From assembly GCF_027921745.1 (NCBI RefSeq), contig NC_079238.1, forward strand, positions 1,364,001-1,428,000: a stretch of 64,000 nucleotides of DNA, given 5' to 3'. Of this stretch, positions 12,006 through 27,128 are shown in pieces. The notes under the pieces are model-generated. The model was not told where the DNA came from. It did no database searches and saw nothing but the letters and a program-made list of their open reading frames with translations. Each line of letters begins with the position of its first letter. Position 1 is the first letter of the stretch. This DNA is from Schizosaccharomyces osmophilus. Its lineage: Eukaryota. Both the position numbers and the translations under genes were made by a program.

Positions 12006-13850
12006 ATGGGTAGAAAACAAAAAAGTAAACAAGGAGTTCCCCCTACGTTAGAAGAAACTCGCGGGACTGGCAAAAAGCCCGAAGCAAAGGTAGAGAAAAA
12101 GAGAAAACCAACGGAAGAAACTGCGGCTTTACAACCTCCTAAAAAGCAAATTGCCCAGGAAAAGAAGAGCCTTTTTGAGGAATCGGAATCTGAACCGGAA
12201 AGCAACGATGTGAAAGCAGCTGGTGATGAATTTGAAGAAGCCGACGAATCCTCAGAATTAGAAGACGAAGAAAATGTTGATCAGGCTCAAGACGAATTTG
12301 TCCAAGGTGATGAAGCTGAAGAAGAATCAGAACAGGATTCTATTTTTGATTCTGACGAAGAAAGCCGCGGTAAGCCTATGTTTAGTGATGATTCAGGGGA
12401 AGAAGATGATTTACAAGTTGCCAACCTGGAAGCCATGTCTCGTAAGCTAGATGAAGAGGCTGAATTGGAAGAAAAGGAAGCTGAAGAAGAGTTGCATACC
12501 AATATCCATCCTACTGCTCCTACTATCCTTCCCCCTAAAGAAGAGGGCGGCCTTGCCGACGGTCAACCCATGAGCGCTTTTACTCAGGATTTGTCGCAAA
12601 TTCAACTCCGCATTCAAGAAATCAATCGTGTCCTAAATGACTTCAAGAACCTTTGTGAACCTGGCCGTAGCCGCGCTGAATATATTGATCAGCTTATAAG
12701 CGATGTTAGTGTCTATTATGGTTACTCAAAGTTCCTCACCGAAAAGCTTTTTGAACTCTTTTCTGCCTCCGAAGCCATTGAATTCTTTGAATCCAACGAA
12801 TTGCCTCGTCCTGTTACTATCCGTACAAACACTCTCAAAACTCAACGTCGTGAATTAGCCCAAGCTCTTATCAATCGAGGTGTAAACTTGGAGCCTGTTG
12901 GTAAATGGTCTAAGGTTGGTTTGCAAGTCTTTGAGTCACAAGTTCCTATTGGTGCGACCCCTGAATACCTCGCTGGTCACTATATTCTGCAAGCTGCATC
13001 TTCATTTTTGCCCGTAATGGCCCTTGCCCCTCAGCCTAATGAACGAATTCTCGATATGTCTTCTGCTCCAGGTGGTAAAATTACTTATGTCGCCGCTTTA
13101 CAGAAAAACACTGGTGTTATATTTGCCAATGATGCCAATAAAGCTCGTACTAAAGCTTTAACCGCCAACATTCATCGTCTGGGAGTACGAAATGCAATCG
13201 TTTGCAATTATGATGGTAGAAAGTTCCCTAATGATGTATTGGGTGGCTTTGATCGCGTTATGCTTGATGCTCCTTGCTCTGGTACCGGTGTCATATACAA
13301 AGATCAATCTGTGAAAACAAACAAATCTGAGCGTGACTTTGACACTCTTAGCCATCTTCAGAGACAGCTACTTTTGAGTGCTATTGATTCCGTTGATGCC
13401 GACAGCAAGACTGGCGGTTACATTGTTTATTCTACTTGTAGTATTACCGTTGATGAAGATGAGGCTGTCATTCAATATGCTTTGAAGAAACGTCCAAATG
13501 TTAAGCTCGTTTCCACTGGCCTTGAGTTTGGCCGTGAAGGATTTGTTCGTTTCCGTGAAAAGCGCTTCCACCCTAGCATGAAATTAACCCGGAGGTATTA
13601 TCCTCATGTTCACAACATTGATGGTTTCTTCGTTGCTAAGCTTAAGAAAGTTTCAGACAAGATTCCTCAAACAGTTAATGATGTTGCTGAGGCAGAAGAA
13701 GAGCACGACATTGTAGAAGAAGATTCCGTCAATGCAAACTCTGAGAATGATAGCCTCACTTTCGACGATGAAGCTGATAAAGCCATCATCGAGGAAAACC
13801 GTAGAAAATGGTTGAAGTCTAAGGGTTACAAGGTTTCTAAAAAAAACTAA
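12006..13850 (+). CDS. nop2: 25S rRNA m5C methyltransferase Nop2
   Basis: 614-aa ORF with acidic N-terminus; ILDMSSAPGGK, DAPCSGTG and YSTCS motifs. Confidence 0.97.
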   Translation: MGRKQKSKQGVPPTLEETRGTGKKPEAKVEKKRKPTEETAALQPPKKQIAQEKKSLFEESESEPESNDVKAAGDEFEEADESSELEDEENVDQAQDEFVQGDEAEEESEQDSIFDSDEESRGKPMFSDDSGEEDDLQVANLEAMSRKLDEEAELEEKEAEEELHTNIHPTAPTILPPKEEGGLADGQPMSAFTQDLSQIQLRIQEINRVLNDFKNLCEPGRSRAEYIDQLISDVSVYYGYSKFLTEKLFELFSASEAIEFFESNELPRPVTIRTNTLKTQRRELAQALINRGVNLEPVGKWSKVGLQVFESQVPIGATPEYLAGHYILQAASSFLPVMALAPQPNERILDMSSAPGGKITYVAALQKNTGVIFANDANKARTKALTANIHRLGVRNAIVCNYDGRKFPNDVLGGFDRVMLDAPCSGTGVIYKDQSVKTNKSERDFDTLSHLQRQLLLSAIDSVDADSKTGGYIVYSTCSITVDEDEAVIQYALKKRPNVKLVSTGLEFGREGFVRFREKRFHPSMKLTRRYYPHVHNIDGFFVAKLKKVSDKIPQTVNDVAEAEEEHDIVEEDSVNANSENDSLTFDDEADKAIIEENRRKWLKSKGYKVSKKN

Positions 13851-14031
13851 TTTAATTTTGGAATTTTGATAGGTTAAAGGGAGTTTTGGATAAATCAATG
13901 AATACACTTAGTTATTTTACTCGTCAAATGTATTTGAGTTTTACTTGTAGTATAAAAGTTGCTTACGATATACTTTTTAAGAATATTTTGACATATACCT
14001 AAACATTAAAAACTCTATCAGGTAAACCGGT

Positions 14032-17000
14032 TTATCTTCTCTTTTTCAAAGGATGACCACCACCACCATCCTGCTCACGCCTCGCATCTTCCTGCAGAGC
14101 CTTTCGTTCAAGTTCATCCCAATCTTCACCGCTTTCCTCTTCTTCGTCACTAGCTGCTTCACTTCCACTATCTTCTTCGTCACTAGCTGCTTCACTTAGT
14201 TCTTCTGAACCTTCTTCGGACACTTCTTCTTCGGGTTCTACATCAGAACCTTCATATTCAGAGACTTCTTCATCACTATTTTCCCCTTCATCATCACTTC
14301 CTGTACCAAGGAATCCCCAACCACCTTCTTGGAAAAATGCGACAGGATCCTCATTCACTGTTTTCATAATAGTCGTCCAGTTCAAGTTTAAGGGTCCCTC
14401 ACTGTAACAAATGTCGCAAGAATCCAACCATTCCTTTACATTGTCCAATTGTTCCATTGGAATTGTATTTATATGAACAGGTGGTCGATGGAAATCTTGG
14501 AAAATGAAAACCAAATCAAAATTCTTTAAACCGAACTGAACACGTTCCAAATGAGCTATTTCGATTTCTGAAAGGGTAACAACTGTGAATGGGGTATCAG
14601 TTAATTGGACCAAACAATCTGTCGTTGGCTGTAACAATACATTAGATCTGAATGGTACACCGCTAAATGCAAGCTCACGGAATGGGATATCAAGTTCGAC
14701 TTGACCATCACTAGCTTCGGCGATTCTTTCACCGAAAGTCTTAAATTCTCTATCTAACTGGGCACGACGACGTCGTTCTTCTTGTTCTTGCTCGATTTCA
14801 TCTTCGTCACCATACATATATTTCCTCTTTTTATTTCCTGTTTCGTCGAACTGGATGTCTGACACCTCTCTATAGAATTGCACGTCTTGGGTTTTCCGCT
14901 TTCCAACCATAATAGGAGCATTCAAATAAATGTGGACCAAAACAATCAATTCACCTTCACAAGGTTGGAAAAACAGATGCTTCATATTTGAAAATAGTAA
15001 ATCAATATGACTATCGGATCGAAGTGGAGATTGATAACGTATACCATTCTGGTGAATTTCAACGAAACCTGGCAAGCGCTTACCATCAAGCGCAGGGCGG
15101 ACATAAACATCATTGAGATGAATAGGGCGACGATTTTTGATTTCAATCAAGTTTTCTTGCTCAACAACATCGGCAAATTCTTTCTTTTCAGCTTCACGCT
15201 TAGTAGCTGCCTTCTTCATATCTTGAATGTCTTTGAAAATTTGATTCATTCGGGAACTATCAGAGCTTCTGAAAGTGAAACTCCTGATGAACTGAGCATT
15301 AGGATCTTCAAATGGCTGTTCATCTTTTCTACCACCAATTTGACCAGGACTAAGGAAGTTCAAGCGTAGGTAAACAAAGCTTTCCTCATCGTTTTTACTA
15401 GCATTCTTCAAAGAAGAAATATGAAAAGGAACAGGACGGCCAAATATGGGTAGAATGATACTTTGAGCTCTATAATCTACTAAAATTCGTAGTTCTCCAA
15501 TAGCCTGAGGCATTTGAGAATCACGCTTATATGATTCGTACCGTTTAACCGCTGGCTTTTCGGTTCCAGTTTTATGTGTAGAACCCTCAGCAAATCTCTG
15601 AAGACCTTCACTTTGTTTTCTAGCAGCCAGCTGTTTTTGATGTTCAGTGCGACGTTTTTCAGCGGAATCATCCACTTCTCTGGTCTCACTTCGAGTTTTG
15701 CCTTTATGACTCGATACAGTTGCAGTTCCACGTGTTTGCTTGCGTTGCTTCGGACCATCATCTAAATCATCGGCTTCGTCTCCAAAAAAGTATGAGATAT
15801 CAGCTTGGGCTTTCGGGGAATTTGTGAAAACAACTGGATCACCTCGAGTCACCTGAATGGTGTCAATCAGTAGAAGAGAATACTCTCTAGGATGAGAATT
15901 CTTTGGTTTAGGATTAACCAAGTTGGCAAATCCAATACTAAGACTCATTGTCATACCAGCTTTCAAAGTACGAGTGTTTTTTGCATTAACAAGCAAAGAA
16001 GATTCACGAAATTCTATACCGATACCAGCACCTAAATTTTTCACGAAATGACCTTCCAGCTCGGGTCGTTTTGATCTAATGAAGCCCAGTATCTTGGTGT
16101 ATATATCTTTAATCATAGCGCCATCACGGCAAGACTCAATCAGTTTTCCTTGCAAAGCCACAAGGAAAGAGTAGTTTTTCTGTTGTTCAGGACTAGGATC
16201 AAACAAGTAAGTACGGCCAATGTTAGAGCAGTAAGACTTGTAGCGGATACCTAAAGAACATATAACAACGTCACCATGTAAATTTCGATCGTCTGTGATA
16301 GCAGAAGGCTTTAAATCATATTGTCCGCCAGATTGAATAATCGGAGTATAGCACCATTCCATCTGCTCTGTATCAATGTCTCCTAAACGAACGTCTTTTT
16401 TTTGAAAAAAGGACTCATTATCGATCAAGCGCTCAAGCCGTTCGGCAAATTTAGAGTGGGTAGTTCTTACCCCTTGATCGACATATCTAGATAATTCATC
16501 AGCAAAGTATTTTGTCATTGAAGCAACGCTGACCCGTGAAGCATCCTTGACGTTTATTATTTCTTGTTCATCTTTTACAGCCAATGCTTTGGCCAAACCC
16601 ATGCTAGCGTCGACCATCTCAAACTCTGATTTGACGGGTTCAAACACTTCATTCCATTCATTCACAAACTTTCCTTGATTGACGTCTTTGGGAAAAATAC
16701 CAATCTTTTTATTAGTAGCACGAAGGCGCTTTACGACCTCTTCAAACAATGCACGGTTCTCTGCGGGATCTTTTGTGCGTTTTAAAATATCAACTTCGGC
16801 TGCTTTGTTTTCTGTTTCAGATAGCTGTTGAAGCATGCTCGCTTTGGTATTGGAGGTCAAAAAGGTAATCCGCTCCTTTTCTACAAGCATTAACGTTGAA
16901 GGAAATTCGTATCCAAGAAGCCATGTATGTATAGCAGCCGACTTTTGATAAGGATTTGGTACATCCGCTGTACCAATAACGACTAATATGCTTTCACATC

Positions 17001-17100
17001 CTTGGAAAAGTTCATTTGCGTCTGAGGTATCTTTCCAGGAAGAAAGTAATAAATTTAGACGTTTATGAAAAACGTTTGCATCAATATGGTATTCAGCCAT
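14032..17100 (-). CDS. spt16: FACT complex subunit Spt16
   Basis: 1022-aa ORF: peptidase-like N-domain, [27 protein letters not shown], acidic tail ending WDELE. Confidence 0.98.
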   Translation of the reverse strand: MAEYHIDANVFHKRLNLLLSSWKDTSDANELFQGCESILVVIGTADVPNPYQKSAAIHTWLLGYEFPSTLMLVEKERITFLTSNTKASMLQQLSETENKAAEVDILKRTKDPAENRALFEEVVKRLRATNKKIGIFPKDVNQGKFVNEWNEVFEPVKSEFEMVDASMGLAKALAVKDEQEIINVKDASRVSVASMTKYFADELSRYVDQGVRTTHSKFAERLERLIDNESFFQKKDVRLGDIDTEQMEWCYTPIIQSGGQYDLKPSAITDDRNLHGDVVICSLGIRYKSYCSNIGRTYLFDPSPEQQKNYSFLVALQGKLIESCRDGAMIKDIYTKILGFIRSKRPELEGHFVKNLGAGIGIEFRESSLLVNAKNTRTLKAGMTMSLSIGFANLVNPKPKNSHPREYSLLLIDTIQVTRGDPVVFTNSPKAQADISYFFGDEADDLDDGPKQRKQTRGTATVSSHKGKTRSETREVDDSAEKRRTEHQKQLAARKQSEGLQRFAEGSTHKTGTEKPAVKRYESYKRDSQMPQAIGELRILVDYRAQSIILPIFGRPVPFHISSLKNASKNDEESFVYLRLNFLSPGQIGGRKDEQPFEDPNAQFIRSFTFRSSDSSRMNQIFKDIQDMKKAATKREAEKKEFADVVEQENLIEIKNRRPIHLNDVYVRPALDGKRLPGFVEIHQNGIRYQSPLRSDSHIDLLFSNMKHLFFQPCEGELIVLVHIYLNAPIMVGKRKTQDVQFYREVSDIQFDETGNKKRKYMYGDEDEIEQEQEERRRRAQLDREFKTFGERIAEASDGQVELDIPFRELAFSGVPFRSNVLLQPTTDCLVQLTDTPFTVVTLSEIEIAHLERVQFGLKNFDLVFIFQDFHRPPVHINTIPMEQLDNVKEWLDSCDICYSEGPLNLNWTTIMKTVNEDPVAFFQEGGWGFLGTGSDDEGENSDEEVSEYEGSDVEPEEEVSEEGSEELSEAASDEEDSGSEAASDEEEESGEDWDELERKALQEDARREQDGGGGHPLKKRR
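14138..14197. repeat. Exact 27-nt direct repeat (33-nt offset) in the spt16 acidic tail
   Basis: TCTTCTTCGTCACTAGCTGCTTCACTT at 14138-14164 and 14171-14197; encodes SEAASDEE twice. Confidence 0.9.
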
Positions 17101-18589
17101 GATTTACTAAGCACTCTTTTAATACAGTCTAAAAACGAACTGAGTTTTGCACTCAACAAGAATGTCTGAGGCCCTTTTTCAGGAAAACTAGATGAAACCT
17201 CTTTTTATGGAAAATTTTTTCCAGATTCCCCACTATAACTTCTTAAATCGTCTCGTAAGGGAAAAATGAGGTTAATGGTTTTGGTGGACGCTGAAGAGCG
17301 CGTTCCTTGGGGAAATACAACGGCGACGACATCCAAATTCAGAACAGATTATTCCGGATTTGAACCACTGGAAAGAAGATTTTATTAAATTGAATTTATA
17401 AATTCTTGATTTACTATCATGACAGATATTGTTGAATTGCTGTCTTCTAATTTGCACTTTACTTATACCTTGGAACATCAAGCTATGTTGCTTGTTTCTT
17501 AACAAGCATGTTGAATACAGTATAATTTGAAGGAAAATAAATTGGTTGTAACGTGTGGACGTATGAAATTCGCCCTTGGAGTTTGTCGTAAAGCTTTCTC
17601 GTCGACATATTATTCTTTCGTAATAACTATTTCTACGCGAAAAAACCTGTTTGGTGAATTACCTTGTTTTATCTACTAGAAGGGAAATGGTCGTGAGCAA
17701 TCTTTTGACTCCAAGGATTGTTGGTTAATGATGGATAAGCAACATTCAGCTATATTGACTTTTGGGCTTTTGTTTTGCTCTATATATTTATTTAAAAGTT
17801 CCTTTCGTGATTTCAATGAAAGCTTGCCAACGTAACATGGGTTGTATTAACTGAAGGTGGATTCAACAATAAGGAACACCACTTGTGATTCGTTTCATTG
17901 CTTTTTTAATTATATACAATGCTTTCCTTATGCGAGAATCATGCTAATTCCGTTTCCATGCGGATTTTTTTGCTGTAACTTTCATTTGCATAGCAGCTCC
18001 TTCATGTTATTAATCCCTACAGCCTCAAAATAAAAGAAATTACGAATCTATATGAGAAGAATAACTCTTAGGTCTCCTTTTCGTTGGACAATCTTTAATG
18101 GAAGATGTAATCTACTGTAAGGATTAGCTTGCTCTTTACGAAGAAATTGTTTCCATGGAATTGTCCTATATCAGAGACTTAGTATTGAGTATTTTTTTCT
18201 TTTATGTCTACTTTACTTAAGGAGAAAATTATAAAAATAAAAACAGAGCAAAACTTTTATTCAAAACATTTTTTGCGGTTTGTTTTCAATTTTTCTCGGT
18301 TAAGTTAACTTTAAAAGGACTTGTGTTCGTTGAATTTAATCTGCTGGGTACTTGCGACCGAGCTTGATATGGCGGCAGGATGATACCGGGTTAGGCAAGA
18401 CGCTTACAGCTATGCGTCTCAATTACATAAATGGAAGCAACCTGGTCGGTTTGCAAGTTAAAATCAATTGCTAATGATTATATTTTGAAACACAAAATCA
18501 GGAGCCTTGGCACTTACAAAGTTATCCCAAAACTCTTCGTAATTTGCATTAAAAAGTGATTTTTATCGTTGCAATTCAGTTCAAGTACC

Positions 18590-20254
18590 ATGCCTTCGAA
18601 CAGCTTATACGCTTCATTGTCAAGCCAATTTGATGCCACTAGGATTGAGACAGTCTTGGATCCTATGGGATATACAATCAAGCGTCGTGATGTTCCAGTG
18701 TGTCTTACAGTAGCTGGCTCTGATTGTAGTGGAGGTGCTGGAATTCAAGCGGATCTCAAAACCATGACAAGTTTAGGTGTCTATGGAATGAGTGCGATTT
18801 CCTGCGTAGTTGCAGAAAACGCAGAGAGAGTAGATAAAATTGAAAACATGTCTCCCTCCTTCGTCGAGTCCCAAATCGATTGTTGTCTTCGAGATGTTCC
18901 TTGTAATGTCGTTAAAACGGGAATGCTCTGTAACGTGGAGATTGTCAAGGTAGTCGTGAAGTCTGTTGTGAAATACAACATCAAAGAGCTTGTCGTTGAC
19001 CCAGTAATGATTGCTACATCCGGTGATACTCTTTCAAATGAAGATATCGTAGACACTATTGTTAAAGACCTTCTTCCTGTAACAGCACTTATTACACCGA
19101 ATATACCCGAAGCACTAGCTTTCGCCAGAAGCGTAAACGTCGACGTTCCCGAAGTCAATTCTATTTCTTCAATGGAACAACTTGCTTCATTGATACATGG
19201 TTTTGGGACACGTTATGTTCTTTTAAAAGGTGGGCATATGCCACTCAATCAACTTGGGTTGAAGGCCTCAAAAGAAGAGCAAGGTGAATCGGATCTTCAA
19301 GTGGTTGATATTTTATACGATGGAGAAACCTATCACCATTTTGCTTCAACATATTTAAAGCAAGGTGAAGTTCATGGTACAGGTTGTACCTTGTCCTCAG
19401 CAATTGCTTCTTTCCTTGCTTGGGATCATAGTATGCTCGATTCTGTTCAGTTTGCCATTGATTACGTGCATGGTGCTATCTCCCAGAGTCCTCCCATAAA
19501 TCTTTGTAGTACGAATTTGCTGAACCATATGAGCCGCCTACGGATCGCTCCTTTCGCTCCTGGCCACTTTTTGGAATATTTGCTTAGCCATCCTAAGATA
19601 CTTCCTGTCTGGAAAGAATATACTCACCATAACTTTACTAATATGTTAGCAAAAGGTAGTTTGCCTCTTTGTGCTTTTCAGGATTATCTCAAGCAAGATT
19701 ACCTTTATTTACTTCAGTTCAGTCGTGCATATTCACTTAAAGGTTACAAGGAATCAACCTTTCTCGGAATATTTGAAGCAGCTCAGTCTGTATTTCATGT
19801 GCTTCAAGAAAAAGAGTTTCACGTTTCCTTTTGCCAATCATATGGGATTACCATGGAGGATTTAAAAAGTTCTGAAGAAAGTCCAGCATGTACTGCGTAT
19901 TCTCGATTTATTTTAGACACTGGCTCTCAGCAAGATTTGGCTGCTCTAGAGTTTGCGCAGGCTCCCTGCTTAATTGGTTACTATTTGGTTGCTCGTCGTC
20001 TAATGAAGGAGCCGTTCAGAGATGTCAACGGCCCCTATCAACGCTGGATCGACAATTATGTTTGCGAAGACTATTTCTCTGCAGTTCGCAGAGGATGCCG
20101 TCAACTTGAGGAAATTGTACTTACTCTTTCACCAGAACGAATTCAACAATTGGTTGAAGTGTTCATTCGTGCTACAAAGTTTGAAATTTTATTTTGGGAA
20201 ACCCCTTACCAAAAGTATGTTATTGAGCAAAACTTGAACGACCCTAGTCTTTAG
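18590..20254 (+). CDS. thi20: Thi20-family HMP/HMP-P kinase fused to TenA (thiaminase II), motifs intact
   Basis: [41 protein letters not shown]; TenA QDYLYL, APCLIGY, FEILFW. First ATG 18590, 554 aa. Confidence 0.9.
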   Translation: MPSNSLYASLSSQFDATRIETVLDPMGYTIKRRDVPVCLTVAGSDCSGGAGIQADLKTMTSLGVYGMSAISCVVAENAERVDKIENMSPSFVESQIDCCLRDVPCNVVKTGMLCNVEIVKVVVKSVVKYNIKELVVDPVMIATSGDTLSNEDIVDTIVKDLLPVTALITPNIPEALAFARSVNVDVPEVNSISSMEQLASLIHGFGTRYVLLKGGHMPLNQLGLKASKEEQGESDLQVVDILYDGETYHHFASTYLKQGEVHGTGCTLSSAIASFLAWDHSMLDSVQFAIDYVHGAISQSPPINLCSTNLLNHMSRLRIAPFAPGHFLEYLLSHPKILPVWKEYTHHNFTNMLAKGSLPLCAFQDYLKQDYLYLLQFSRAYSLKGYKESTFLGIFEAAQSVFHVLQEKEFHVSFCQSYGITMEDLKSSEESPACTAYSRFILDTGSQQDLAALEFAQAPCLIGYYLVARRLMKEPFRDVNGPYQRWIDNYVCEDYFSAVRRGCRQLEEIVLTLSPERIQQLVEVFIRATKFEILFWETPYQKYVIEQNLNDPSL

Positions 20255-21417
20255 ATGCATAAACATTTGGCAAATGTTGGGGGCGATTTAGCTTCAATAA
20301 TTACTCTAAAGAATTTTGTTTAAATAATGTATCAATTACTCGACGAACCAAATAATACCCTGATATGTTTCGTATGATTGAATGTTCACTATAGTCAGAA
20401 CAAAAGTTGCCATATTATCTGCCAGTCAGCCTTGGAATTGGATTGATGTAAATTACACCTTGAAAACGACCAAGCAGTGGTTGCTTTGTCATGGAGACTT
20501 TACGAAGCAAGAAAGCAAACGATCGTTCTTTCTGGTAATGACTTTAAAATCATCACTATGTTGATTTTTCTAGAGATATCATAAATATCATGGTACAACA
20601 GTCTAAGTCTAGGCTACAGTTCAGCCATTTCGAGTATAAAGATGAGTGTGTAATTGTTTTGAGCTTTAATTAAATTATTTCTTCACAAAACCGTAAAGTT
20701 GTAAAGTGGAAGTTTCGAAATATAAATCAAAAAAATACCAAAACTAGTGATACAAGAGTAGCCTCATCCTTCAAAGTGGGTGTTTTCCCCTTTCATCAAA
20801 GTGGTTGAAGGAGATTGTAATTAAACTGGGATTGAATATATTCTGATGCTATTCTCATTAAACAAGAAAATGAACTGAAAATAGAAGAGAAGCTGTTTAA
20901 CTTTTCATCATCCGGCATAGATCTCCTTTTTGCTTTAACATGCTTGCTAAAAGAATGCAGATTTATAGGAAGCAATGAATCATATTTACTTTACCAATTC
21001 TTTATATATCTTATTTTATTCTGCTTTTTCCAACGCTCATTATCCTACAGGACAAATCCATATTTGATAATGAACTGGTTAAAATAATATTACCGCCGGC
21101 TATTATCCCTATTAGGGCTTGCTTTCTTCCAGATTTTTGTTAGTTGTATGTAAGCGAGATCCACAATATTTATTTTTTTACGAATGCTCTATTAAAATTT
21201 TTTTTTAACTTGCATTTTCTAGCTGTCTTTACTGTATATATTCGTTGCGTATTCCATTGGAAAGTCATTGAGCAAAAACGTTATAATAGAAAAGGGTGTA
21301 TAGGAGAAGAGCCAGGTTTCAAGTTCTTATTTTATCTGTATTTATTTCTTTCTTAGGCTCGCTTGGTACTTTATAGTTATATCCATTGGATCAACGATAT
21401 AGAAATTACGGGTCAGC

Positions 21418-22938
21418 ATGCTTTCTACCTGTATTACAGTTGCCGGATCAGACTGCAGCGGCGGTGCTGGTATTCAAGCAGATTTGAAGGTGTTTACAGC
21501 TCATTCTGTTTATGGTATGAGTGCTATTACCGCCATAACCTCACAAAACACCATTGGTGTTAATGGTGTACATTTAATACCAGCGCCCTTTGTCGAAAAA
21601 CAGATAGATGCTTGTATGCTGGACGTTAAGTGCGACGTTATGAAAACTGGAATGCTATTTAATCCGGCAATATTAAAGGTTGCTATTGACATGATTGATC
21701 GCTACAAGCTCAAGGCCATTGTCGTGGATCCATTGATTGCTACACGGAAGGGCGTTTTGCTCGTTTTACCAGGTTACTTGGAACTATTTATAAAAGAGCT
21801 GATTCCAAGAGCTACCATTCTAACTCCAAACATCGCAGAGGCTAGTATATTATTAAAGCAAATGACTAATGAAACAGTCGAAATTCACCATGTCGACGAT
21901 GTAAAGACATTGGGAGCCAAGTTGGTTGCTTCTGGTTGTAAAAGTGTCATCATTCGCTGTGATGGTATTTCTTTTGATAACGAATTTTTTGTTTGCAAAG
22001 ATTCTTCAATGCCGTCCTCGTGGTATGTATACGTTTTATGTACTAGCGAGGTGCAGTTGATTGTACCTCAAAAATGGCTGTCGACAAAAATTGCAAAGGG
22101 GACAAGCTGTGCTTTATCTTCCGCCATTGCTGCTAACCTTGCTAATGAGGTGGATATACCAAACGCCGTTAAACGTTCCGTTGCTTATACTCAACACGCT
22201 CTTGAGTTTAGTTTCCATCTGGGGCGTGGAGCAAATTCTTTGGACTATTCTTCTAGCTACGGCTATTTACCATTTGAGGAAGGAGAAATCGTACGGTATT
22301 TAAGAAACCATCCACACCTATCAAAAGCGTGGAGTTTTCTTTATGAGCATTGCTTCTTGCAAAAGTTAAAGGACGCAACTTTGTCCATAGACGAGTTTAA
22401 AAAATACCTAGCTCTCAAATATCACATGCTAATGAATAATGCTCAAGCTGCAGGCATGACAGCATTCTCTTCTTCTAATATAGCTGTTATAGAACGCAGT
22501 GCCAAGATGATTCAGATCATCAAGGAAGAAAATGTAATTCATCTGGAAATTTGCAAGCAGTATGGTCTAGCACCCGAGCAATTTGTGAATCGAAAACCTG
22601 CTTTTGTCAATGCACACGCTGCGTTTATTAATGATGTTGGACAACGTGAAGGTGTTCTTGGTATCCAGGTGGCTATGCTTCCTTTTCCTTTAATTGTTCA
22701 AGATGTATTCTCAAAAATGGATACTTTACAGTCAGGCACTTTTAAGCCTTTTGTTGCTCATTGCAGGGATTTCGGAACTTTAGAGCATGGGAATAGTCTT
22801 TTGGATAACTTGGAAGCTGAAGCTTCTACCTTAAAACCTGAAAAGATTCAAAAGATATTAAAAATATTGGAACAAAGTCTTTCGTTTGAGAAAGCGGCTC
22901 TTGACATTACTTTGGATAATGAAACTACTATATTTTAA
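21418..22938 (+). CDS. Second, divergent Thi20-family protein (ThiD-like plus TenA-like domains)
   Basis: 506-aa ORF with [18 protein letters not shown] and TPNIAEA; downstream catalytic motifs altered. Tandem paralogue of the preceding gene. Confidence 0.88.
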   Translation: MLSTCITVAGSDCSGGAGIQADLKVFTAHSVYGMSAITAITSQNTIGVNGVHLIPAPFVEKQIDACMLDVKCDVMKTGMLFNPAILKVAIDMIDRYKLKAIVVDPLIATRKGVLLVLPGYLELFIKELIPRATILTPNIAEASILLKQMTNETVEIHHVDDVKTLGAKLVASGCKSVIIRCDGISFDNEFFVCKDSSMPSSWYVYVLCTSEVQLIVPQKWLSTKIAKGTSCALSSAIAANLANEVDIPNAVKRSVAYTQHALEFSFHLGRGANSLDYSSSYGYLPFEEGEIVRYLRNHPHLSKAWSFLYEHCFLQKLKDATLSIDEFKKYLALKYHMLMNNAQAAGMTAFSSSNIAVIERSAKMIQIIKEENVIHLEICKQYGLAPEQFVNRKPAFVNAHAAFINDVGQREGVLGIQVAMLPFPLIVQDVFSKMDTLQSGTFKPFVAHCRDFGTLEHGNSLLDNLEAEASTLKPEKIQKILKILEQSLSFEKAALDITLDNETTIF

Positions 22939-23294
22939 TCGCAAAATTACCTTTTACTTTCACTCGCTTTATCAAGCACTTTTAGTTTTAGATTTCTGAT
23001 GGGCTGAACACATTTCTTTTCATTGTTAAATAACAAAATCCTCGTGATTTCGCATAACTTTTATTTTTATTTTTGCTTTCGTTCCTTTTACCAAGTTTAT
23101 TTCATCCTACAAGTCTACTAATTTATTAAGCAGTTTACCCAACAACTTGTATACTAGGCTTCCAGGTAAATGAATAATATTTTAATTTTTCTATATTATA
23201 CCTTTTTAGGAGAGAAAAAAAAAGACATCAGTATAACATTGAATATCATTTTCATTGGCCTTCGTTATTTCTGAAATTTGCCTCCAATTGTTGG

Positions 23295-23316
23295 TGAAAA
23301 TTTTCTAGCTATATAA
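23295..23316 (+). promoter_or_regulatory. RRPE-like element and TATA box upstream of dbp2
   Basis: TGAAAATTTT at 23295-23304, then TATATAA about 80 nt before the ATG of a ribosome-biogenesis helicase. Confidence 0.5.
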
Positions 23317-23323
23317 GGGCTGA

Positions 23324-25853
<2,530 letters not shown>

Positions 25854-27128
25854 AATCTAGGAATCGGATTAGAATGATTTTTTGGAAGGTGAATAGGGGT
25901 TTCGGTCTTATATATACATTCATTAGGTTAATCTAGGTTTATGCGGCTGGTGAATTTAATAATTAATATTGTCCTTAATTTTTTAAGTTGAATATTGAAA
26001 CGATAAACAGCGTTTAGTAAGAAGCATTGAGAGAACTGTTACATGCTGAAGTATGTGGCTTTAGGTATAAGTAAAGCACATTTAGAAAGTAGGTACCATA
26101 GTCATCAGTAGCAAAAAATAAGAAAAGAGCAACTAACTAGGTAGTTTAAGGAAAGGATTGTGAAGTTTAGGAAGGAAATCGTGATTTTTGATTAAGGAGC
26201 TTGAAGGTATTTCGTAATTGATGGTATGTAAAGGAATTAAATGCGGTTTCAAAGCTAACCTTAACCAACTACCTCTTTATTTCGACTCCTGTGCGAGAAA
26301 TTGAAACATTGGGAATAGCAAAGTCATCTTGCATTTTGCCGATTCAGTGTATTTTTAGTTAATATTTGATTTTAATTATTCACAAAGCTGAAAGTCTTAA
26401 GTGGAAATCTTTATTGGGTGACGTAAAAAATAAGAAGTTTGTTAGAAACCACAATTTAAAAAAATTTTAACAAAATCATTGTACTTGTCTCGGAAACTGA
26501 ATAAGTTCTTTTCTTGGAAGATAAAGAAGAATAGAATAGGTTTAGCTGTTACATTGTCTGAAAGTGGTGTCAATAATTAGACTTTTAACGTATCATCGTC
26601 TTTATTAAGTTTTAAGCAGATTTAATATATACATCCGGTTTATATTGGAAATCCTGCGTTTTTGTCTTCAAGTCTGTTTTGTTTACCAAAGGATAAGAGG
26701 TTACTGGAGTTTGTGTGGCTTTATCCAAATCAGATAGGTATTTTTTTTTCTCCAATACGGCCTAGACGGGTAAATTTCTGATTTATCAATCCTACCCTAT
26801 CTTTCTAATTGACTTCTTTGCTGTGTAAGTCAAAAGCAAAAGCTTTTGGTCATAAAGAAGCTTTTCCTTCAGGCGATAAAAAAGGCGCTGAAGTGTTTTA
26901 ACTTCAACAAAAAGGACATTTTTGCTAACTTGGAAAAGCTTAGTATTAATCCCTTGGTTGAACTACAATCTGCTATTTAAAACAAGTCATTGATAATAGT
27001 ATTTACTGAAAAGGGACAGTTTCATTCGATTACGGTTCTTAAGTTTTCTTTGGTAAATTTGGAAGTCTTATTTGATTGCAAGTCTTTCCAAGTATATTTG
27101 GTGAAATACTCTTACTATACTCTCTATT

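Noticed and set aside
17270..18560. Possible TPP riboswitch or hidden gene upstream of thi20
   Set aside because: No CTGAGA-type aptamer core found, and only short ORFs with no recognisable product.
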